DNA from: Patescibacteria group bacterium
GTDB taxonomy: Bacteria; Patescibacteriota; Microgenomatia; JAADGY01
Direction: 5' to 3'
DNA length: 40,305 nt
Assembly (NCBI GenBank): GCA_024277325.1
Contig: JAJRVN010000050.1
Location: forward strand, 1 to 40,305
The notes beneath the pieces were generated by a model. The model saw only the letters and a list, made by a program, of their open reading frames with translations, had not been told where the DNA came from and did no database searches. Positions 34,506-40,305 of this stretch are shown here, piece by piece (the first letter of the stretch is position 1; every line of letters starts with the position of its first letter). Made by a program: the position numbers and the translations under genes.

Positions 34506-36124
34506 TGGTCGCAAATGATACACACTTCAGTGTTAATTACTCAAGAAGAATTGTTTCTCCCACCGACGGCGGGGTTGTTTTTCCCATAAGCCGGCGCTTG
34601 CCCTACGGTGACCAACTAATCGGCTGGGTTGTGGTTAGTCTTTCGTGGCGATCACCAACCCTAATCACCCCATTCCTTAATGATGTTAAAAACTTGATCG
34701 ACTACAATATCGACAAGTTTGGCGGCTATGATTCCGCGGCCATAAGCCAGATTGTTGACCAGATAAAGCAAAGGTTTATTGATTGGCAAATCGGCTTGGC
34801 ATTTATTTTCCCCAAACAAGACAATCTTTATCAGGTCTATATCAACCAAAAATTGAAAGCCTATGTCATTTCTTCTGGCCGTCCATTTCCAATCCAATCA
34901 CAAGTTAGCAAAGAACTAACGAAAATAACCTACAAGCCCACGTCTCAAAACCAGCTAATTATTACCCGCCAACAGCTGCCCCCAAACCTTAACATCGTCA
35001 ATCTTAAAGAGTTTGTTAAAACGCTCAAGCACCACAATCAGCTATTTTTTATCCTCTACCACAACCACAAGAAGCCGGGTTTAAATCGGTTTGGTTTAAT
35101 GTCAGCCAAACAACTGCAGTTGTTTAAGGTTATTGTTTTGGCGATTTTATTGGCTGGTTTGTTTTTGGTTGTTTATTCCGGACAGCCAAAACAACCTAAC
35201 CAAGCGCCGACAACAAAAAGCCAAGCTTCAGATATCCAAGCAGCCAAAGAGCTCGACAAGATTAAGAATCTGATAAAAACCGATCCAGCTAACGCCGCCA
35301 GACAACTAGAAAGGCTGACCGCCTCACTTGAAAACAACCAAATGACCGACACACTCAAGCTTGAGCTGCAACAGCTTCGCCAACAATTAAACCAGGCCGA
35401 TACAGGCCTGTTTTTAGCTGCCAACGATCTAACTAATCCCAGACTCAAACAGGAAGCCGGGCGCCTTTATTTAATTGACAATAATCAGATTTTTTTATTA
35501 AGCGACCTAGATAAGGATAAGTTGTCTAAGCGATTAGTGGTTAAGTTCCAAGCGGATAAGATTATTGACGCCACCGAAGCGGCCGGTAAGTTTTTTGTCT
35601 TGACAAACAAAGCCATACTACTTAAAACAGACGACCAAGTAAAACAAATCCTGCGGTTGCCAAAAGATGTCCAACCGGCCAGGATCAGCACTTATTTAGA
35701 TAATATTTATTTAATCAGCCTTAGCGGCCAAGTGTTCAAGTATGACAAAGGGGCGGTCAATTACCCGGTTAAGCCAAGGCTTTATTTTACCAGTAACAAA
35801 ATATCACAACCGACCTTTTTCTTGGTTAATAAAAAAATCTACATCTTAACAAAGAGCGGGGATTTTTATGTCTTTTATTTTGGCAAGCAACAAAGGTTTA
35901 ATTTTGAAAAACAAATAGAGCCGATAATCGGCTTAAGTTACGATTGGGCCTCAAACCGGTTTTGGTTTGTCAACAGATCCGGCTTTGGCGCCTTTGACAG
36001 CTTGGGCAAGATTCGCTTTTGGCACAAGCAAGATAATAATTATCGCCAAATCACGACAACAGACGAGGTTGTACTTTTAGAAAAAGACGGTTATTTAAAA
36101 TTGTTTAAACTATCAGAACTTTAA
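34505..36124 (+). CDS. Hypothetical bitopic protein (539 aa)
   Basis: Long ORF with a central transmembrane segment (VIVLAILLAGLFLVVYS), a Q/L-rich helical stretch and a beta-rich C-terminal half. No family recognised. Confidence 0.55.
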   Translation: MVANDTHFSVNYSRRIVSPTDGGVVFPISRRLPYGDQLIGWVVVSLSWRSPTLITPFLNDVKNLIDYNIDKFGGYDSAAISQIVDQIKQRFIDWQIGLAFIFPKQDNLYQVYINQKLKAYVISSGRPFPIQSQVSKELTKITYKPTSQNQLIITRQQLPPNLNIVNLKEFVKTLKHHNQLFFILYHNHKKPGLNRFGLMSAKQLQLFKVIVLAILLAGLFLVVYSGQPKQPNQAPTTKSQASDIQAAKELDKIKNLIKTDPANAARQLERLTASLENNQMTDTLKLELQQLRQQLNQADTGLFLAANDLTNPRLKQEAGRLYLIDNNQIFLLSDLDKDKLSKRLVVKFQADKIIDATEAAGKFFVLTNKAILLKTDDQVKQILRLPKDVQPARISTYLDNIYLISLSGQVFKYDKGAVNYPVKPRLYFTSNKISQPTFFLVNKKIYILTKSGDFYVFYFGKQQRFNFEKQIEPIIGLSYDWASNRFWFVNRSGFGAFDSLGKIRFWHKQDNNYRQITTTDEVVLLEKDGYLKLFKLSEL

Positions 36125-36128
36125 TAAT

Positions 36129-36581
36129 ATGGTTGACAAAAAAATAATCGCCACCAACCCACATCTGAACAATTTTAAAGTATATAAAACCATCGAGGCC
36201 GGCCTTGTTTTGAGCGGACCGGAGGCCAAAAGCGTCAGGCTGTTTGGTCTTAACTTGCGGGCAGCCACAGTGACAATTCATGAAACCAGGGCCTTTTTAG
36301 TCGGGGCCAAGATACAGCCGTATTTTTATGCCAACCAGCAAAAACAAGATAAAAGCCTACCACTTTTACTTCACAAGAAAGAAATAAGCCACTTATATGG
36401 CAAGTTGGCGGCCAAGTTTGTTTTGATTCCAACCAAGGTTTATTGGAAGAATCACAAGATCAAGATCGAGATAGCCATAGCCCATAAATTAAAAAAATGG
36501 CAAAAAAAAGAAAAACTCAAGAAAAAGGATATGGACAGGCAGCGGCAAATTCAGTTAAAAAACTTTAAGACTGCCTGGTAA
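36129..36581 (+). CDS. smpB: SsrA-binding protein SmpB
   Basis: IATNPHLNNFKVYKTIEAGLVLSGPEAKSVR...LLLHKKEISHLYGK, plus a basic C-terminal tail. Confidence 0.9.
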   Translation: MVDKKIIATNPHLNNFKVYKTIEAGLVLSGPEAKSVRLFGLNLRAATVTIHETRAFLVGAKIQPYFYANQQKQDKSLPLLLHKKEISHLYGKLAAKFVLIPTKVYWKNHKIKIEIAIAHKLKKWQKKEKLKKKDMDRQRQIQLKNFKTAW

Positions 36582-37275
36582 AGCAAACAAACCACAATTT
36601 AACATAAGGTAAGAACCTGGTTAAGGGCCAGGCAGCGGCTGTTAAGGTTGCCCCCGTAGTGACAACATCATCAACTAAAATTGCGTTATTAACCCGGCTA
36701 ACCTGATGTTTAATTTCGGTCCCAAGCCTAAAAACCGTAAACAAGTTTTTAAACCTCTGCTTTCTGGACAAACCCAACCTTAGTCGAGTCGGCCGGTTTC
36801 TTTTTAATGCTGGGATAGTGGGGATTTTAGTTAGAGAAGATAAGGATTGGCAAATGGTTGTTGGCAGGTCAAACCCGCGCCAATTTAATCTAGTTTTGTG
36901 GCTGGCAACAGGAATGAAAATCGACGGTTGCGACCGCCAACTGGAGATGAGTGGGTGGTTGTGTTTGTGAAACCATTTTTTCACCAGAAAATCAACCACT
37001 GTTATTTTATTCCTCACCAGGCCGTACTTTAAGTTAATAACCAACCGTTTTGTCAGTTGGCCATAATCAAACATAACTTCTCCACCCAAAAACCTGCGCC
37101 GGTTCAAGCAGTGTGAGTGACTAAGGTTGTGGACAGAAGGTCGGCCACAATAGAAACACCGGCCAAACTTAGACGTATTTTTAATAATGCCATTAAGACA
37201 ATCGGAACAAATAAGGCCGGATTTTAAGTGCCGACCACACAAACAGGATCGATTAAAAAAGTTGGCCAACAACAT
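36565..37275 (-). CDS. comF: ComF-family protein (phosphoribosyltransferase-fold competence protein)
   Basis: N-terminal Cys clusters (CLCGRHL...CSDC; CFYCGRP...HSHC) and a PRTase loop ILVDDVVTTGATL. ATG 37273-37275 (MLLANFFNRSC...) is preferred; the ORF-track extension to 37332 runs into the tmRNA 3' end. Confidence 0.8.
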   Translation of the reverse strand: MLLANFFNRSCLCGRHLKSGLICSDCLNGIIKNTSKFGRCFYCGRPSVHNLSHSHCLNRRRFLGGEVMFDYGQLTKRLVINLKYGLVRNKITVVDFLVKKWFHKHNHPLISSWRSQPSIFIPVASHKTRLNWRGFDLPTTICQSLSSLTKIPTIPALKRNRPTRLRLGLSRKQRFKNLFTVFRLGTEIKHQVSRVNNAILVDDVVTTGATLTAAAWPLTRFLPYVKLWFVCFTRQS

Positions 37276-37279
37276 GGGT

Positions 37280-37670
37280 TGGCGGAGGTGCTCGGGAATG
37301 ACCCGAGGTCCAGATAAACAACCTAAAAACATCTACAGGCTTAGACCGCATAAAACTAACCAACCGCTAGGTTGCGGCCGACCGGTCGCGACTGGCTTGG
37401 AACCTAAACGATTTCATTCCGGCTTGGTTCCAAAGCCGTGAACATACCCCGGTTTTTAAGCTACCAAACCAAAAACCTCCGGGGTGGGTTTTCGGCTCAA
37501 TATACAACGTGCTCTTGCCTTACGCGGCAAAAGCGAAGTTGTAGTTGCCGGTTAAGGCAACGCCGCCTTCGTAATCATTTTCGGCATGTTGTTTTTGATG
37601 CCCGTTAACGTAGAGCATCGAACCGACCTGCAGTTTTTAAGGAGCTTCTCTGTCGAATCAATACACCTCC
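37280..37670 (-). ncRNA. ssrA: tmRNA (SsrA)
   Basis: The minus strand reads 5'-GGAGGUGUAUUGAUUCGACAG...GGACCUCGGGUCAUUCCCGAGCACCUCCGCCA-3'. It has a 7-bp acceptor stem, the GAUUCGAC hallmark, a T-arm-like hairpin and an encoded CCA. The internal tag frame ends ...GGC AAC UAC AAC UUC GCU UUU GCC GCG UAA (GNYNFAFAA*, stop at 37520-37522). smpB lies ~0.7 kb away. Confidence 0.8.
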
Positions 37671-37681
37671 AGGAATAATCT

Positions 37682-37690
37682 ATTATATCA
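37682..37690 (-). promoter_or_regulatory. Extended -10 candidate (TGATATAAT) for ssrA
   Basis: The reverse complement of 37682-37690 is TGATATAAT, 11 nt upstream of the predicted mature 5' G (37670). Confidence 0.4.
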
Positions 37691-37744
37691 AATAGAAAAA
37701 AGGCCCCGCCGGTTTTTGCTTCTTGCATATAGTATAATCTGCTT

Positions 37745-39193
37745 ATGACTAAACCAATTCAACAGCTAATTAAAATAAGGCGAGAAAAGTTAGAAAAACT
37801 CAGGCAACTAGGGGTTGAGACGGACCCGCCGGTTTATAAACGGGACCATAAAATCAACAAGGTTAAGCAAGTGGGCCTTAAAGCTAACGTGGCCGGCCGG
37901 ATCCGCGGGATTAGATCTCATGGCAAGTTGGTTTTTTTTGACCTTCAAGATGAATCCGGCCAGATCCAGGTTTTAGCCAGTGAAACCAACCTAAGACAAA
38001 CCTATAAGATGGTCAAGCTTTTGGACATCGGCGATTTTGTCGGAGTGGTTGGACAGGTCTTCGAGACTAAGACCAAAGAAATTACCATTAAAGCCAAAGA
38101 GATAACTTTTTTGTCCAAGTCTCTCCACCCAATTCCGGATACCTGGTATGGACTAAAAGACAAAGAGGAAAGGTTTAGAAAAAGGTATTTAGATTTAATT
38201 CTCAACCCCAAAGCCAAACAGATCCTTGATAAAAGATGGCTGATCATCAAAGCCATCCGCCAGTTTTTATGGCAACAAGATTTCAAGGAAGTCGAGACTC
38301 CGGTTTTGCAGCCACTCTATGGCGGAACCAACGCTCGTCCATTTACGACCAAGCTCAATGCCTTGGGAGTTGATATGTATTTGAGAATTGCCCCGGAGCT
38401 TTACTTAAAAAGATTGGTAGTTGGCGGTTATGAAAGGGTTTTTGAAATTGCTCGCAATTTTAGGAACGAAGGCATGGATAAAAGTCACCAGCCCGAATTT
38501 ACCATGATCGAGTTTTACGAAGCTTACGCTGATTACTTCAGAATGATGGAGTTGGTTGAGGGCTTGATTAAATACGCCGCCAAGCAAGTGAACGGCTCAT
38601 TGGTTTTGGAAGTCGGTCAGGATAAAATCGACTTGTCCGGCCAATGGCCAAAGATAACCGTAGATGAGGCGGTGAAAAAATACCTAAACATAGATTGGCA
38701 CACCATTTCCGATGACGAGGTCAAGAAACTACTTGACAAGCATAAGATTGAGGTTCCCGGGGTTTATTCCAAAGACAAAGCCTTATTTACCATTTATGAC
38801 CACCTGATAACCCCCAAACTAGTTGAACCGACATGGGTGATTGACTACCCGCAAGAAGTCAGCCCGCTGGCCAAAAACCACAGGAGTAAAAAAGGTAGGG
38901 TTGAAAGGTTTGAGGGCTATATCGGCGGCAAAGAAATTTGTGACGGCTGGTCGGAGATAGTCAGCCCAATAGAACAGCGGCGAAGATTTGAAAAAGAACA
39001 AAAAAACCTCAAGGCCGGGGATGATGAAGCCCAGCCGTTAGATGAAGATTTTTTGACCGCTCTGTCTTTTGGTGCTCCACCGATGGGGGGAGTAGGTATC
39101 GGCATTGATCGGTTGGTTATGTTTTTGACCAACACCTGGAGTATTAGGGAGGTTATTTCATTTCCTCTCATGAAGCCGGCCAAACAAGTTTAA
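37745..39193 (+). CDS. lysS: Lysine--tRNA ligase, class II
   Basis: LRIAPELYLKRLVVGGYERVFEIARNFRNEG (motif 2 region), EFTMIEFY and GGVGIGIDRLVM (motif 3). TATAAT (37733-37738) lies 6 nt upstream of the ATG. Confidence 0.95.
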   Translation: MTKPIQQLIKIRREKLEKLRQLGVETDPPVYKRDHKINKVKQVGLKANVAGRIRGIRSHGKLVFFDLQDESGQIQVLASETNLRQTYKMVKLLDIGDFVGVVGQVFETKTKEITIKAKEITFLSKSLHPIPDTWYGLKDKEERFRKRYLDLILNPKAKQILDKRWLIIKAIRQFLWQQDFKEVETPVLQPLYGGTNARPFTTKLNALGVDMYLRIAPELYLKRLVVGGYERVFEIARNFRNEGMDKSHQPEFTMIEFYEAYADYFRMMELVEGLIKYAAKQVNGSLVLEVGQDKIDLSGQWPKITVDEAVKKYLNIDWHTISDDEVKKLLDKHKIEVPGVYSKDKALFTIYDHLITPKLVEPTWVIDYPQEVSPLAKNHRSKKGRVERFEGYIGGKEICDGWSEIVSPIEQRRRFEKEQKNLKAGDDEAQPLDEDFLTALSFGAPPMGGVGIGIDRLVMFLTNTWSIREVISFPLMKPAKQV

Positions 39194-39226
39194 TTCGTTG
39201 CTTTTCATATTATAATCATTCTTAAA

Positions 39227-39694
39227 ATGACAAAGATAAAAAAACAACCCAGTTTAAACTTCACCATCGACGGCGTTGCCAAACTAAAAACCAAGCTAGC
39301 CGACCTGAAAAAAACCAGGCCGAAGCTGGTTGACAGATTGGCCAAGGCCAGATCCTTTGGTGATTTGTCGGAAAATTCTGAATATACTAACGCCAAAGAA
39401 GAGTTGGCTATCTTGGACGGCCAGATTTATGAGCTGGAGTCGGTTTTGAGGCAGGCCAAAGTTATCGAAAAGCCCAAAAACAAAGCCGGGCTTGGGTCTG
39501 AGGTTGTTTTGAAAAACGACCACAAGCAGATGTCGATCAAATTGGTCAGCCACTGGGAGTCAGATCCATTGAAGAAAAAAATATCCGTAGATTCGCCGTT
39601 GGGCCAGGCGGTCAACGGCAAAAAGATCGGCGACACGGTAGTGTTTTCGACACCGTCCGGAGAAACAACCTATAAAGTTATCAAGATAAAATAA
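39227..39694 (+). CDS. greA: Transcription elongation factor GreA
   Basis: Coiled-coil N-terminus with GDLSENSEYTNAKEE, and a C-terminal FKBP-like domain (ISVDSPLGQAVNGKKIGDTV). Confidence 0.9.
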   Translation: MTKIKKQPSLNFTIDGVAKLKTKLADLKKTRPKLVDRLAKARSFGDLSENSEYTNAKEELAILDGQIYELESVLRQAKVIEKPKNKAGLGSEVVLKNDHKQMSIKLVSHWESDPLKKKISVDSPLGQAVNGKKIGDTVVFSTPSGETTYKVIKIK

Positions 39695-39698
39695 GTTT

Positions 39699-40142
39699 AT
39701 GAACAATCTGAACCAAACTATCCAACAAATGATGGTCCAAGCAATGAAGGACCGCGACCGCCTCAAGTTGGATGTTCTACGCTTTGTCAGGTCTCAAATC
39801 AAAAACCAAGAGATCGACAAGCAAAAACCACTTGATAATAAAGAAATAGTCAAGATTATCAGGAACCTGGTTAAAAAACAAAAAGAAGAGGTTGTGTTTT
39901 TAAGGCAGGCAGGCAGGACCGATCAGGCAGACCAAGAAAGCCAAAAAACCAAAATCCTTAAATCTTTATTACCACCAGAGATGAAACCAGAAGAAATAAC
40001 GGCTGAGATTAGACGGGTTGTTTCCAAGGAGCAGCTGACTAACCAGAATTTTGGCAGGCTCATGGCCAGGTTGATAACTCACTTTAATGGCCGAGTAGCC
40101 GGCGATGCCCTGGCATCAGCCTTGAAACAGCTAATCAAATAA
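39699..40142 (+). CDS. yqeY: GatB/YqeY-domain protein
   Basis: AMKDRDRLKLDVLRFVRSQIKNQEIDK...LPPEMKPEEITAEI fits the YqeY family pattern. Confidence 0.8.
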   Translation: MNNLNQTIQQMMVQAMKDRDRLKLDVLRFVRSQIKNQEIDKQKPLDNKEIVKIIRNLVKKQKEEVVFLRQAGRTDQADQESQKTKILKSLLPPEMKPEEITAEIRRVVSKEQLTNQNFGRLMARLITHFNGRVAGDALASALKQLIK

Positions 40143-40147
40143 AACCA

Positions 40148-40305
40148 ATGAAGATAAGTAAAAAGTCAAACCTAGCTAAACTAGTTGATGAATACCCTAT
40201 AGTAGCCGAGGTTTTGGACGAAGAATATGGACTTCACTGTGTTTCTTGTATGATGGCCGGTTTTGACACTTTGGAGGCTGGTGCCAAAGTCCATGGCTAC
40301 CAAGA
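40148..40305 (+). CDS. DUF1858-like small redox-domain protein; 5' fragment (3' end outside window)
   Basis: Manual translation: MKISKKSNLAKLVDEYPIVAEVLDEEYGLHCVSCMMAGFDTLEAGAKVHGYQ... This fits the C-x-x-C...LEEGA..HG pattern of hybrid-cluster-associated DUF1858 domains. Confidence 0.55.
   Translation, partial: MKISKKSNLAKLVDEYPIVAEVLDEEYGLHCVSCMMAGFDTLEAGAKVHGYQ

Noticed and set aside
37187-37441. 84-aa plus-strand ORF, and the 37276-37332 extension of the comF ORF
   Set aside because: Both overlap the tmRNA gene, whose structural hallmarks (acceptor stem, GAUUCGAC, T-arm, CCA, tag frame) explain the region better. ComF has a family-typical N-terminus at ATG 37275.
1-40305. Alternative genetic code (TGA recoded, as in some reduced-genome lineages)
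   Set aside because: TGA terminates conserved proteins at their expected ends (UppS ...RRFGG*, YidD, thiolase). No conserved gene shows an in-frame TGA, so the standard bacterial code fits.

Overview
This 40.3-kb window is a compact, origin-proximal chromosomal segment that uses the standard genetic code (TGA ends conserved proteins such as UppS). Gene content, tight packing and pilin-like surface proteins suggest a small-genome, monoderm-like bacterium, possibly CPR/Patescibacteria; that placement is inference only. In order, the window holds: (1) a mevalonate-pathway operon: thiolase 3' end, DUF35 zinc-ribbon/OB protein, IDI-2, mevalonate kinase, diphosphomevalonate decarboxylase, phosphomevalonate kinase, then uppS. 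It is punctuated by a local palindromic repeat family. (2) A cell-surface operon: a coiled-coil SpoIID-like wall enzyme, a secreted protein and two proteins ending in a shared VirB2/TrbC-like two-helix pilin module. (3) ychF, gmk and rplY. (4) A type IV secretion-like block: a VirB6-like polytopic protein, two divergently transcribed giant genes (1413 aa tail-anchored orphan; 1376 aa with a Gly-rich membrane region and C-terminal CHAP hydrolase), an Ig-like bitopic protein, a PrgI/VirB3-like protein, a 236-aa protein of unknown function and a VirB4-class ATPase. No relaxase, coupling ATPase or integrase is present. (5) dnaN-dnaA with DnaA-box clusters on both sides (a bipartite oriC candidate), then rpmH-yidD-yidC-jag without rnpA. 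(6) A set of uncharacterised membrane proteins. (7) smpB, comF and a tmRNA gene that is missing from the ORF track and overlaps the 5' extension of the comF ORF call. (8) lysS, greA, yqeY and a DUF1858-like 5' fragment. The most interesting part is the domesticated, relaxase-less T4SS-like system built around the giant gene pair. Many genes also carry a TATAAT-like box 5-10 nt upstream of the ATG, which suggests leaderless mRNAs.
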